Below, one piece after another: positions 13,661 to 27,684 of a stretch of DNA of 64,000 bases. The DNA is from Octopus sinensis (Eukaryota). A program made the translations under genes and the position numbers. The DNA lies in assembly GCF_006345805.1 (NCBI RefSeq), contig NC_043006.1, positions 93,496,001 to 93,560,000 on the forward strand. The letters run 5' to 3'. The stretch's first letter is position 1, and every line of letters starts with the position of its first letter. The notes beneath the pieces are model-generated. The model searched no databases, had not been told where the DNA came from, and saw only the letters and a list, made by a program, of their open reading frames with translations.

Positions 13661-13769
13661 TTTAGAGTTAATTTAACTCTTATTTTAGCATAATTCGCTG
13701 CTAGTCAGTACTCTCCATCATTTTTATGATCTCTATTCGTTGTGTATTTATATACACACACACACACAC

Positions 13770-13848
<79 letters not shown>

Positions 13849-13878
13849 ATATATATATATATATATGCAGCACGGATT

Positions 13879-13929
13879 TTTGTCAGTGAACAGGTCGCGG
13901 TCTTATAGCGACGAAAATATTTTGACAAA
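13879..13929 (+). ncRNA. Type I hammerhead, family C, with G3-C8 compensatory core, in a TA-flanked 204-bp unit (13866-14069)
   Basis: TTTGTCA-GTGAACA-G-GTCGC ggtcttata GCGAC-GAA-AATATT-T-TGACAAA: 7-bp helix I, 5-bp helix II, palindromic helix III. Confidence 0.7.
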
Positions 13930-14185
13930 TTAAACTTAAATGTTGAAGTGAATCGAACGGCTTTTGTGTGTTTCTTAAATGGCTTACAAACACCTTCCAC
14001 GCAGCAATTGTTTTCGTTCCAACACACGATCTCAGATCAAATCACTTGCTATGCAAGTACATCTCCGTAATATATATATATATATATAAATTGTTGTACA
14101 AAACTCCCAAAACAAGATGCCGAAACAGGTAGGGGAGCAATAAACAAGATGTAATAGTCTTCACACACAGGAAAAGTGGGAGAAG

Positions 14186-14220
14186 TCTTTGAAATTTCGA
14201 GCTAACGCTCTTCTAAGGAA
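14186..14220 (-). ncRNA. Degenerate family-A-like hammerhead in a TA-anchored pLTR-like unit (~14088-14300)
   Basis: Minus strand: ttc cttaga a GAG cgttag CTC GAAA tttc aaaga; helix II intact, core eroded. Confidence 0.4.
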
Positions 14221-14416
14221 TGATATGAGGAGAGAAAACAGATGAAGATAGGAAACAAGTGTTTTTTTACAAGATTTCTCTTTCAGTGACAATATTTGAA
14301 GAATGATTTTCTTAAATTAAAAATTATTAATCATATATGAAAAAATATCTCTAAAATATTGAATAACACAAATCTTAGAAGTTCGTATTGTATGTGTCTC
14401 TAAATACATATATACC

Positions 14417-14810
14417 AAGGCGGCGAACTGGAAGAAACGTTAGGACGCCGGGTGAAAGTCTTAGCGGTATTTCGTCTGCCGCTACGTTCTGAGTTCAAAT
14501 TCCGCCGAGGTCGACTTTGCCTCTCATCCTTTCGGGGTCGATTAAATAAGTTCCAGTTACGCACTGGGGTCGATATAAGCAACTTAATCTGTTTGTCTGT
14601 CCTTGTCTGTCCTTGTTTGTCCTCCCTTGTGAGTAGTAAAGAAATAGGTATTTCGTCTGTCTTTACGTTCTGAGTACAAATTCCCCCGAGCTCGAGTTTG
14701 CTTTTATCCTCTCAGGATCGATAAATTAAGTACCAGTTACGTACTGGTGTTGATCTAATTGACTGGATCCCTCCCCCACAATTTCGGGTCTTGTACCTGA
14801 GTAGAAAAGT
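14417..14810 (+). mobile_element. SINE family A, dimer
   Basis: Aligns to 26973-27372. Confidence 0.88.
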
Positions 14811-14851
14811 ATATATATGCATAGCGAAATATACACACACATACACACACA

Positions 14852-14921
<70 letters not shown>

Positions 14922-15949
14922 TATATAATCCATATATGTGTGTATGTGATTGATTTTGGAGTCTCATATATCCACAAATTCGAACTGACTTTGCTCCGGA
15001 AATGCTGATCAGTAACTAATCAAGATTTATCTATCCTTTATTGAAACCATCGGTAATCCATTCATTAAGATAAGAAACAAGCCTAAAATCTCGACCTCTG
15101 ATCAGATAAGTAAAGTACAGAAGTGAAGTGTCATTAGCTTCAGTCAAACCAGTAGTTAGAAGTTATAATTTAGGCGTTTCAGCATTGTTACAGTTGTTGG
15201 ATTTAAAAGTGAAAAGACACAAGGTGAATGCTTTACCTCTGATTATTTATGACGTGAAATTTTCTGCTGAAAGTTATTATTATTATTACACGTGATTTCT
15301 GAATACAAAATGTAAGTCGATGGAAATCGTTTAAATTCTTTTTCTGATTTTCTCATTGTTGCCGTCTCCCGTACATTCTCAGTTGTTATCGTCGTCCAAC
15401 ATTTTGACACTGCTCAAATTTTGGGCTCTTTTCATTAGTCAATTATGTGTGTGTGTGTGTGTGTGTGTGTTACGCACTGGGGTCGATGTAATCGACTTGA
15501 TCCGTGTGTCTGTCCTTGTTTGTCCCCTCTGTGTTTAGCCCCTTGTGGGTAGTAATGAAAAAGGTAATATGTAATTAAATCAATTTAATTATAATTATCA
15601 TTAATTTAATTTCTTCCATGTTTCTTACTTGCTGGTGTTATCATTTGAAACGATCGTATGCATGGATTAAAATTTTATAAAACTTTTAGCTTTTAATTGT
15701 TTGTTGAGTTTAATATAAGACTGCGTTCTATAAAAGCTCATAACACCTTATACCTGTAAAATGTTCATATTTTTAATAAAATACTTGCAATAGTAAGCTA
15801 CAAATTTGATATGAAGAACCTTTATTCGAAATCTAACTATGGACCCACCCACCCCCACAAAGTAAAAATGTTCTAATTGGTCTCTGTAACCACGTGCGTA
15901 TCGTTGGCGATTTTCTTCCTCCGTCTTCCCTTCCTTTGGACTTTGCTCT

Positions 15950-15984
15950 ATTTCTGAAGAAGAGCAAGGCTCGAAACGTTAAAT
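15950..15984 (+). ncRNA. Family-A-like minimal hammerhead with canonical core, in a solo pLTR-like unit (~15830-16078)
   Basis: attt CTGAAGA a GAG caagg CTC GAA ACGT t aaat; helix I covaries relative to the tcttt/aaaga copies. Confidence 0.68.
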
Positions 15985-16108
15985 CTCTCTTTCCTGAGTG
16001 TCTGATAATACAGTATTTGTACCACGTCCTCGCGTGATTGTTTTTTCTTGTTTGTTCTTCTTTGTTTGGATTCATTATACACACACACACACAGACAAAC
16101 ACAGACAA

Positions 16109-16198
<90 letters not shown>

Positions 16199-16350
16199 TA
16201 AATACATACATATATATAATATAAATATATATACACACCTTGCCCTATTTCATCCAGTCGTGATTGATGGAAGAGGACTTTGAGATCTGAACATAAAGGG
16301 ACGTTCTAACGTTTCTTCTGCTCCACCATCTCTGTGCCCTGTAGTAGTAA

Positions 16351-16424
<74 letters not shown>

Positions 16425-17059
16425 TTGGGGGAGAGGAGGAGCAGAAGACTATTAATAACAATAATGATTATAACAATAATAGCTGTTGCTATTTAAAAAC
16501 CACTCCAGTACTTGACTGGTACTTTATTTATCTACAATGAATGCATAAGTTAATGCTGGCTTGACCTGACATCAAGTCTCAGGGATAATTTCCATTTGTT
16601 ACACTAACTACGGGACCAATTTCTCTCCTTCATAATGGCTTCTCCTTTAGGCTTAAGCGCAAGAATTTTGATGGAAGTAAGTCAATAGCATAGACCCTCA
16701 TGCTATTGACTTACTTTAGTGGCAATTTATTTTATCGGCCTCGAAAACATGAAATGTAATATTAGTCTGGATGTGATTTGAAATCGGAACGTAAAGAATC
16801 AGACAGGAAAACCCACAGAGTATTTTATCTGATTCTCAAACGCTCATCTTTAATTGAAACAATTAAAGTCAACCAGGTACAAAAGAGAGAATGTGGTAAG
16901 GAAACTTTTTTTTTATTTTACCTTTCATTTAAAATATTTTTTACCGAAAATCCCTCGGAGAATGTGTGACGCCCATTAGCAAAACACTTCTCAAAATTTC
17001 ACAGAAACGTTTTTATTAGAATGGTCGGTATTAAGGAGAGGCTTTCATCCATGTCCTCC

Positions 17060-17800
17060 CCCGTTTGTATTTGGACAGTTTTGACGTTTATTTTCCTTAC
17101 AATCAACCTCGAATGATGAGACCTTTTCCATTCCCTTTTAGCACATCCATCCATCCATTAATTTTCTCCGCTAATTTTCCTGAGAAGCTCATGGAAGTCC
17201 TCAGGCATTTTCATCCAAACGGTTCTATCAGGAGCAACCACTTTCCGGCTGATTCTGAAGCGTGACCAACTGATACTATGAGCATTACCCTGCCATCTCA
17301 TTCTTGGACTACCCTAAGGACTCCTGCCAATTGGTTCGGCCGAGCTACTTACTCTGTCGAGTAACATGACCCAGGAGTTTCTTCGGAAGAATCCCATTCT
17401 GGTCACATGTTTTCATAATAATACACTTTCGGCCATTACTCAACATTCATGATTGTAGATCAGAACGACAACTTTGGCCTTTTAATTTTTACGAATCTCT
17501 CTCCTTTTATATGAATAGAAACTGTCGCGTTACCGTTCGTCTATCCTCCTGCATCAAAACGCAAATTAATACGGCTGTGAGATACTTAAACTTCTCTACT
17601 CGCCTTAATGTAGTTCTCCTAAGATACAGAGTGTACGAGAACTCTTTCTTGAGAGGACCAATTTTTCAGTCTTTAGAACACTAATTTTCACCCTTGCTTT
17701 GAGGCACTCGACTGCGAACCCATTCCGTGAATGTTAAAAATCACCTTGCATATAGCAATAGAACGAAATTTGAAGAACTTCAGCGGGGGGGGGGATTTCT
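17060..17800 (-). mobile_element. Degenerate RTE-clade LINE fragment (RT C-terminal half)
   Basis: Across frameshifts: FAVECLKARVKISVLKTEKLVLSRK, RVEKFKYL, VLIYNHEC, MGFFRR...LLDRVSS, GSPRMRW, APDRTVW. Confidence 0.7.
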
Positions 17801-18703
17801 GCATAAAAGTTCCATTGTAAGCTCAACATCCCCTCGTTCATAACTGGTTTTCTGTGATGCTTTTATGCAATCTTTATACCTTCTTGGTGCTTAAATTCCT
17901 CTTTTCGCTTTTGTTGTTGCAGTTGCTGTTTTTGTTGTTGCCATAGTTGCAATGGTTATTGTTGTGTTTGCGAGATTCCTTTCTGTTATGCTCCTTTGCT
18001 GTTGTGTTGTTGTTGTCGATAATATTATTGTTGCAATCGTAATATGGAACTGCTTGGTTAGCTGCTCTCCTTCTTCCATAACATTAATCACGCCAAACAT
18101 TCGATGCTTAGAGATAGGGTGACCGATTTTCAACAGCCTTCTTTTCTTGGACCCAACCGCTTGTATTATTCATCTCCCACCTTTGGGGAGTTGGAGATTA
18201 CAGATTGAGGAAAATATTATGAAACTACTATAGCCTAATATGCAAAAGAAAACAAAAAGGAGAAAAGAAAGTCCATTGAAATCACTGTTAGAAGAGGTAA
18301 AAAAAATGTTGAAGAATATAAAATGGTGAAATGAAAAAAAAGACATTTTGTCGAAAAATATCATGTTGTAGTCTTGTCGAAAATATTAAAATGTGTGGAA
18401 ATGGTGCATAAAGTTGCAAGAAAAGACTATTTTCTTAAAGAGATTGCAAGGAAGTGTTGATCTGGTTAATCATATTTATGAGTGAGTAGGGAAATCAAAT
18501 CTTATTTTTGGAGCACTGATCTTTTTTTGTAGCTCATGACTGAATAAGCCCTGGGAATATAACTTTGCCAAATTCCAACTAGATAAGATCATTCAATCAG
18601 CATTATCTTGATGGACAATATTGGAGGGAAAAATTGTAAAAAGTGAAAGCAGCAAACTGATACAGAAAGCAGGTATATCTGTGTGCGTGTATATATATAC
18701 ATA

Positions 18704-18752
<49 letters not shown>

Positions 18753-19288
18753 ATATATATACATTTATACATATATATATATGAAGAGAGAGAGAGAGAG
18801 ATAAAGGGATGCATAGATAGATAGATATATAAGTGTATACATATACATGTATATTATATATAAGCGTATGTATATATATCGTACACAAACACACACACAT
18901 ATTCATATATACATATCTATATAGATATACAAACATATATATGTGTGTGCGTTTGTGCATTTATATATATATACATTTATGTATATGTGAACATATGTGC
19001 TTGTATATGTATATGCATACAAATAGGTATAGTGAGAAGATTAAGATATGCAGGAAAGAAGAGTTTGTATCATCACCATTAAAACATCATCACTTTCTAC
19101 GCCGCAGTTTTCATTGCATCGACCACCACCACCGCCACCACCATCATCATCATCGTCGTCATCGCGGTCATCATTTCTTTGCTATGACTATTATCTTAAA
19201 AGTTGCAGGAATTTATCTCTGCAGGGAATTACGTAAAAAAGTATAAATTTATAAGGGCAAAGAAATTATACGAACAGCAATTCCCTAA

Positions 19289-19333
<45 letters not shown>

Positions 19334-19996
19334 AGTCATCGTCATCGTCATCGTCATCATTGTCATTAATATTACTGTCGATGTGTTTAAATATATTAAA
19401 ATTATTTAGAATGTTGGTTTCATTCAATACGACATTTTTTCTCTCTTTTGATGAGATATCTGGTAAAAAAAATAATGGAAAACATCGAATAAGATATCGA
19501 TATTGCAATATCCTGTATTGCAGAACACGCCAGCGTTGTGAATGGGACACAAGAAATTGCTGAGAAAACTTTCTTCAAAATCCCATGCATGATATTCCAT
19601 ATACGTGGATTAGGACAGGTGTAATACCATTTCTAGTAACTTCTTTAGAAATGGTATCCACGAAAGATAGCCACAGCATTGGATGTTCCAAAACACGCAC
19701 GGGCCTATTAGATGCACTCCTCAGTTTAGCAGCTCATATTCAGAAAAACCGGTTTTAGTGCTAAAAATGTATTGAAGGCCCAACTTCACATATAGGGGTC
19801 TGAGGAAGTTTTTCATATATATATATACCGATAGGGCACAGAAAGTGTGTCAATAGCCAGCTGGAGAAGATGTTCTCCTGGGGCTACAAGCTACAGTAAC
19901 ATCCACCCTTAGTGGGTAGCCACATTTAGATAGCAAATATACTTCACATTGTCGTGCAGTTACTTTTCATACCTCGTTCAGATATTTATTATTGCT

Positions 19997-20033
<37 letters not shown>

Positions 20034-20080
20034 ATACATATATATATCTATATATAACGTTTACACACACACAAAAACAA

Positions 20081-20120
<40 letters not shown>

Positions 20121-21528
20121 TTATAAATGAGGGTGACAAATTTGATATTAATTTAATAATACCATCAGTTTAACACCAGTTTCCGTTAAATGTAATGTTA
20201 TGTAATGTTATTTCTTCTTGGAAACATCTTTCTGAGCTATTTTTAGCACTAGAGCTATCCATATAGTGGTAACTCTCTTATAATTTCTGTATATATATAT
20301 ATATGTATGTATATGAATATATGTATATGTATCAGTGGCGTGCAGTTGCGACATGCAAATCATATACTCCATGTCTGTTCATTTTTTATATAACTGAAAA
20401 ATTAATTTAAGTTGTCAAAATCATTGGAAACTGAGCTGAAATACTTTGTTTCAAAGGAAACCCGTCCATATTCGATACTTTGATGTATTTACATGCTCAA
20501 TTCAGCTTCTTCTAGGCATACTTAAAGAAAAACACATATGAAATCTTTTGTGCTCCTCTCCCTTTCTTTCATTTCTCTCCTGCTTTTCTGTAAAGTCTAA
20601 AGACTCTTAACTCGATAAAATAACAACAGAAGAAATACTTTGAGTAAAACTAGTGTTACAGCTTCTATCAGTTTTTCTTTGTCAATAATTCTTTGAATTG
20701 ATGTCGCTAACACGACAAGCTAAATGGTTGACAGGGTTTGACTTTTTGACCCGTAAAAATTCTAACCAAAACATCAATAATCCCATAATTCTTAATTATT
20801 TAGCTGAAATGTTGCCGTGACTTACGAATATCTATTTCGTTCGGTCACAAATTTTGAAATTATTATATTTAACCATTCTCTGTATTGAACAAATTTTCAA
20901 AAATTCTGAACTCAGAAATATAATATAGCTAATTAGTCTTTCATTGATTTACTAAAATTATCTTTTTGTTTTGTTGAAATTGATTTGTAAATTCACGCAC
21001 ACACTCACACACACACGCACACTATTATTTTCATAAGATTTCTCTTGGATTTTCCAAATAGTTGTGCAAATAACTGAAATGTGTGTTATGGAAGTAATTT
21101 TGTAAAATAGTTTTTCAAATAAAAAGAATTTGAAAGGAAGCAATTAATTATAAATGGTGGTCGACCAACACCGAAATTACGATTTTCGAAGCTAGAGCAA
21201 AAAATTCATGAGACAATTTCGGGTTAATTTGCATGAAAAGAAAAACTAGTTAACTGGTAGTGCTACGCTTAATAAGTTAATCTGCTGGCCATGTGTGTTG
21301 CTTTGTTTAGAAAAAACTGTTTGGAATGGTAAAGGTTATGATGATGATGATTTATATATGGCTATGCTATAGCATATAAGATCCATGATAGATCTTAAAA
21401 CATTCGGGAATGTTCGGATGGACTTACAATTAGATGCGTGTTAAAAACAGAGCATACAACATCATAATGAGGATGTTAGACGAAACTGATCCATTCTGCA
21501 ACGATTGATCGATGTTATTATTTGTTTA

Positions 21529-22809
21529 TGAGGGGCGTTCAATAAGTAATGCCCCTGACCCACTTCCCATAGTAGTAGAGCAACGAAACTTGGCACAGTT
21601 ATTAGTCTTTTTCTACATAGGAATCACCCAGAGTTACGCATTTCTTCCCTCGTTTCATGCAGCTCTAGAGACCGTTTTTGTAGAAGACCCCAGCTTGGTC
21701 CTCCAACCACGACGTGACTTCAGAAATCAAGGCTGTATCATCTGGGAAACGCTTTCCTTTCAAAAACAACTTCATGGATGGAAAGAGGTGAAAATCAGAG
21801 GGTGCAAGGTCAGGAGAGTAGGGGGATGGGGGAGGAGTTCATAGCCGCACGCCTGTGCTTCTGATCTGGCGACACGCGAGTTGTGGACCGGAGCGTTGTC
21901 CTGCAGGAGGAGGATGTCTTTGCTGATCTTGCCCCGCCTCTTGATTTTGATAGCTTCTCTTAATTTCCTCAAAAGTGAAGCATAATAAGCTCCTGTAATT
22001 GTGGTACCCTTTGCCAGGAAATCTGTCATCACTACTCTGTCCTGGTCCCAGAAGACTGTGAACATGACGTTGCCAGCGAAGGGCTGCACCCTTGCCTTCT
22101 TTGGAGGAGGTGAGTCACGGTGCTTCCACTACATTGACCGGGCTTTGGTCTCTGGATCATACTGATGGACCCAGGTTTCATCCTGTGTAATCAGTCTTTT
22201 GAAAAATTTTGACTCATCTTCTTGGCACATCTACAAATTCATCCTTGAGCACTTGACGCGTTCTTGCTTCTGGAAAGGTGTGAGCAACCTGGAAATCCAT
22301 CTGGCAGACACCTTTTGCATATGCAAATGGTCATGAATGATAGTTTCCACAGACCCGGTACTAATCTTGACCTGATGGGCTATTTGGCGAATTGTTATGC
22401 GTCGATCTTCCAAAATGGCAGCCTCAACTTGACGGACAGATGCCTCATGAATGGCAGAAGGGGGGCGACCAGATCTGGGAGCTGTTTCCACAGAGTTCCG
22501 ACCATGTTTGAATTCACGATGCCAGCGTTTTACAAGGTCATATGATGGGGCATCCTCACCATAAGTTACTTTCATTTCATCAAAAGTCTCCCGTGCTGTG
22601 CATCCTTTCAAATACAAAAACCGGATCACTGCTCGACACTCAACAGGTTCCATTTCACACTTGACTCAGTTCAAACACCTGTAAATCAGAAACTACAATT
22701 AGTTCAGAGCTGTAATTTGCCACTTAATCTATAGAGATATAAATAATTGCACATGCTAGATCAAACAACTGCAAGTGGGTCAGGGGCATTACTTATTGGA
22801 CGTCCCTCG
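21529..22809 (-). mobile_element. Mariner (Tc1/mariner, DD34D; irritans-like ends) 1281 bp, inactivated by frameshifts and stops
   Basis: 37-bp TIRs (3 mismatches) and TA target duplication at 21527-28 / 22810-11. Transposase from ATG 22653 with motifs RSGRP, SARWISR, TQDETWV, QDNAPVH and HPPYSPDLAPSD (across a frameshift); D-34-D spacing. Confidence 0.95.
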
Positions 22810-23779
22810 TAGGTAGTCAGGAATTATCATTTTGGGGTTATTTTGAATCTGAAGAATCTAATAATCGTGGAAATTATAAAGAACTCTTATATTTAATTAG
22901 TAAATGTGCGAAAAATTGATAAGTCATCAAGATACGGTTTCTGTCTTCTCTGGTCTCTCACTCGAGCAAACTCTTCTGATACTTAACTCCATACATTGAA
23001 AGACAATGTCACCCGCACACACACATCGATACATACACACATAAATATAAACACACACACACACACACTGAAAGATGTGTGCGTGTTTATGTATAAATCA
23101 TTTTATAAAAATAATTTTCTTCTATATTCTTTCAAATTTTCTTTCATCATTAGGTAAGCATCTTGCGAAATTCCACATTTCTGCTTCTCACAACAAATGA
23201 AACGAGATGCTAGGTTTTTGTTCAGTATTCTTAGAGCTTTTTACAATGTTGAATTTTCACTGTCTTTCATTGTGCGAGTGTTTACGTTTATGCGTCTATG
23301 TTCAATGTGTGCGCGAGTGTCCGAGAGACGTAGTCTTTTAATGCACGGAGTTCAGTAATTATCAGAACAAAATGATCGAGTGTCAATTATTTTCCCGAAA
23401 TTGACGGGATTTCTCAAAAGCAACTGTCCCCTCATGCACAGTCCTTCTCCACCTGCTACAGTCAATAGCTATGCCCTCCCATGTGTGTGTCTGTGTGTGT
23501 GTATGCATACATCCATCTGCATATTGATAAAAGTATATATTTTAACAATACCTGTATATATGTGTATAATTATATGTATACTTATGTATATGTGTGTGTT
23601 TTGATATATACGCACACACAGACACACATATTCACACACACGTACACACATGTATACACACCGACACACACCCACAAACATGTCAATCTATATAACTGGC
23701 GACCGTACAGCTTCCGCTTGAAGCACGTGTGTAAAAAGGGAACTTCTAACATAACCATGGTACCGTATATAAATCGGTG

Positions 23780-23973
23780 ACCCGAATTTAAGGATTCATT
23801 TATATTTAGACAATATTCCTTTATTTAAATTATTTAAAATTCCCGGATATTTGTCCTCATCATGTTTATTGTTAGCACAACGATATACCCTCCAGCCTTC
23901 ATCGGGTGTCTTGGGGAAATTTCGAACCTGGGTTCTCATTTCCAAGGTATTTTTCGATGTTGTTGTTGTTGGC

Positions 23974-24004
<31 letters not shown>

Positions 24005-24038
24005 TCACTGCCTGAAATCGAACTCGGAATCTTGGGCT

Positions 24039-24040
<2 letters not shown>
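23780..24040 (-). mobile_element. Downstream part of the same family: B-box half of the tRNA-like unit, (AAT)n, partly deleted HHR-like motif, AT-rich tail
   Basis: 24000-24039 matches ~53637-53678; the minus strand at 23909-23876 reads acac CCGATGA A GGCTG gagggtatat C [gap] GTT GTG. Confidence 0.5.
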
Positions 24041-24109
<69 letters not shown>

Positions 24110-24112
<3 letters not shown>

Positions 24113-24440
24113 CGAGCATTGGCTCTCATGGCTTCTGATCTTGACTGGTTGGAAGAGTTATCATGTACATTGTTTTGTGTTGGTATAAAAGATGGGCTAC
24201 AGCAAATATTCTGCTCAATACCACAGATTTGCTTGTCAGTTGTTTGACCTTAATCACTTGAGCATGTCCCTTGGTGGCTGACGATATGTATATCTCTGAT
24301 CACGTACAGAAGTAGTGGGGGAGCATCATAGCCGTGTGTTGAAAGGAATTCTTAGAGTATTGGATAATTCACCTTAGGAAACATGGGTGGTTCGTTCAAC
24401 ATCCTTAAACAATCCTTATTCGGGGACCTTTTGAGAAAAT
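24110..24440 (-). mobile_element. Unclassified interspersed repeat (LINE-like 3' end with (TAT)n tail)
   Basis: Reverse complement of ~55345-55690; both copies end in a (TAT)n run. Confidence 0.65.
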
Positions 24441-24624
24441 TGTAACTGGGCCCCACCCGTAAGTTCATGCGCTGTTTATCTTGATGTGAGCTCACCATGT
24501 CGCGCACATATGGTTGTGATGCATGTGCTTGGTGTACCCTTATCGCACGGGTAGTCATTATATGGTATACTGAGCTTCGTATATTTTATCCCATTATCAC
24601 TTTGATGGCATGCACTGCTCTCTC

Positions 24625-24740
24625 AGAAGAAGAAGAAGAAGAAGAAGAAGAAGAAGAAGAAGAAGAAGAAGAAGAAGAAGAAGAAGAAGAAGAAGAAGAA
24701 GAAGAAGAAGAAGAAGAAGAGAAGAAGAAGAAGAAGAAGA
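24625..24740. repeat. (GAA)n trinucleotide tract
   Basis: Nearly uninterrupted. Other triplet tracts: (TAG)n ~16340-16425, (CAT)n ~19290-19360, (AAT)n ~24040-24110. Confidence 0.95.
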
Positions 24741-25178
24741 GCAACGACAATAATATCTAAATAAATTTAATCGAAGTATATACCTAGAATTTATTTCATC
24801 AATCTATTACTGATAAAAGATGTAATCGATCCAACAGGATCATAAATGTAGATCAAAGAGATATAGGTAATAATACTACTTGGTACTTTCACGTTTCTGT
24901 CCATTCTCAGCAGAATATGGTGTGTTATTCAGTTGTTTTCGTTTGTTTTGGCTGTAAGAGGCTTGTTATCTTCTTTGAAATGGCGATGCTATTCGTCTGA
25001 TATCAAATTAATTCCTTTTTCAATTTGTTAAACACAGGAGTTTTTCTTTATTATAATCTCCTGCTTAGTTTCGGTTTTAAATCTATAAATCTGCACTTAC
25101 CTGAACAGAGCGAAGGTAAATTTTTGATAAACTTTGTCATATCTTCAATACGTATGTATCCATGTACGTATGTATGTG

Positions 25179-25221
<43 letters not shown>

Positions 25222-25440
25222 ACATATATGTATATGTGTGTGTGTTTAAGATTTTTAATCAATAAATTTATTTCATTCTCTCTGAGACTAATCTTTTAGA
25301 CTATATTCTAAGTAGTCTGACATAGTTTCTTTTGAACTTGTCTCCCTTGTGTATATATTTATGTGCTGTGTGTTTATATATATATATTATATATATATAT
25401 ATGGGCACACACTCACACAAATGCATAGGTATATACAGGC

Positions 25441-25472
<32 letters not shown>

Positions 25473-26972
25473 ACCAACATACATACACACACACATACAT
25501 TTTGATTCCTTTATCATGACACTGATTAAAAATTTCTAAAATGAACCCCGTTAATTCGCCATTTGTTTCCTTTCTCTGATTACTGAAGGTATCCGCCCGT
25601 TAGTTCTTTTATTGCTTAACTAGGAATTTTTAATCAGATCTCTTCTGATATGATCTTCGATGTGGGCTCCGACATTAATCAGTTTACTTTTTAATCTTTT
25701 ATCTTTTATTCCAATAATGGACACCTGAAAATGTTAAATTCTTTAGAACAAAGATAACAGAATATATTGATTGCTCATCGCCAGCTATGTATGTACGCGC
25801 CTTGCTCTGTTTTTGATAGTGAAAATTATAATTATAGATATTTTTATTTTAAATCTTGTAAAATTTTTAACTAAATTAGTGAGTGATACTTTTTTCACCT
25901 GCTACATATTATATTATATTCAATTTACACTTCGTATAAAGGTGTTTAAAAACTTTACTGATAAAATTTTCTTGTGTATTTTTAATTAATTAATTAATCA
26001 ATTAAACCATGTTTTGTGGTGTTTGTCTTTGTTTAACGCCTGTATTAAATTAATATTAAAATTACTCTTTTTTAAATATACAAGAAAATAATGGTGAACT
26101 CGTTGCAAAATAGTGGCATATTTCTAGTGAGACGTGTCTCATCGGTTCTGCTGCCCAAGTTTTGATTTAAGTTTCCTCGTTCAAATTGTCTTAATATGTT
26201 CGCTTTCTATTTGCGAAAGACATGAATATCACAGCGTCACAGCCAAATATTTTCATATCCTTACAAATATAGGACATCCCCTATACTAAAGAGATAATAT
26301 AATCAAACGATTTAGTGGATCTTCTTTAGATAATTGAGAAAATAATAGCAAACGCTACTAGAACTGATAAGCTTCCATTAACAGCTAAAATGGGATTCGA
26401 TTTACGATTAAAATCGCGTCACTTCACCTTTGTAGTTGAGGTTCTTAAACAAGCGATGCGCAGTCTGTCTCTCTCAGTTATTGCTTTGTATCGAAATACG
26501 AAATCAATAAATTATTCTAAGCAGTATCAAAGGCTGAGTTGTTAGAACGCTGGGAGAATGCTTCCAGTTATTTGCCTCGACTTTTTACCTCCTGAATTCA
26601 AATATTGCCAAGATTCACAGGTCTTTGAGAACCATTTATAACAGCAACGATTCAAGGCGTCGAAATAGCAGAACTATTTGAGAATAGGACAGGATGCTTT
26701 TCGGCCTCTGATCCTGATTTTTGCGTTCTGACAGCAACGTTTGCGACATTAGTACTGCACTGTATTAGTCTAAGTGGACGGACTTTGGATAGACATGGTG
26801 CGGAGAGGAAAGACTTGCAGGTATGGCTAACAACTTGTTTCCCTAACAATTCCTTTCCTTGGCCTGTACACTCACGTTTATATGGATGGTCAACATTGAA
26901 CTATGGAGGCCCGAGTGTACATCTATTTCACTAAAATCTCAGTCATCAGATTGTCATTACTAGAATTATAAC

Positions 26973-27372
26973 AAGGCGGCGAGCTGGCAGAATCGTTAGC
27001 ACGCCAGGCGAAATGTTTAGCGGTATTTCGCCTGCCGCTACGTACTGAGTTCAAATTCCGCCGAGGTCGACTTTGTATTTCATCCTTTCGGAGTCGATTA
27101 AATAAGTACCAGTTACGCACTGGGGGTCGATGTAATCGACTTAATCCGTTTGTCTGTCCTTGTTTGTCCTCTCTGTGTTTAGCCCCTTGAGGGTAGAAAA
27201 GAAATAGGTATTTCGTCTGTCTTTATGTTCTGAGTTCAAATTCCGCTGAGGTCGATTTGCCTTTTACTTTTCTGGGTCAATAAATTAAGTACCAGTTGCG
27301 TACTGGGGTCGATCTAATCCACTACGCCTCTCCCCAAAAATTTCTGGCCTTGTGCATAGAGTAGAAAAGAAT
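26973..27372 (+). mobile_element. SINE family A (tRNA-derived head), dimeric body
   Basis: Head ggcggcgagctggcagaatcgttagc, B-box GAGTTCAAATTCC twice; 17-bp TSD attactagaattataac (26956-72 / 27373-89). Confidence 0.9.
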
Positions 27373-27684
27373 ATTACTAGAATTATAACCAATTTCTGCC
27401 TTGCCTTCTTTCAATTTCTGTTCACTTGCGAAATGAACCCGAAATTGCTATCCAGAGCTTTTAGTCTTCAATTAACCAAAATTAATTCAGATATTATGTA
27501 TCCGCAGGTCAATTAATATTTTACTTTTCTATCTTTAACTTCTTTCTGTCATTGAAATGCGGCCATGCTGGGTCACCGCCTCTGGAAAGCTTTAGTCAAA
27601 CATATTGCCCCCACCACGGCCACCACCACGGCCACCACGTAGGCATTTTAAAAAAAGTTTCCGACTTATTCTATTGGTTCTTTT

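Noticed and set aside
19625-19668. 11-bp hairpin nested in CGTGGA/TCCACG and followed by GAAA
   Set aside because: No upstream CUGAnGA-like core and no second copy in the window to support it.
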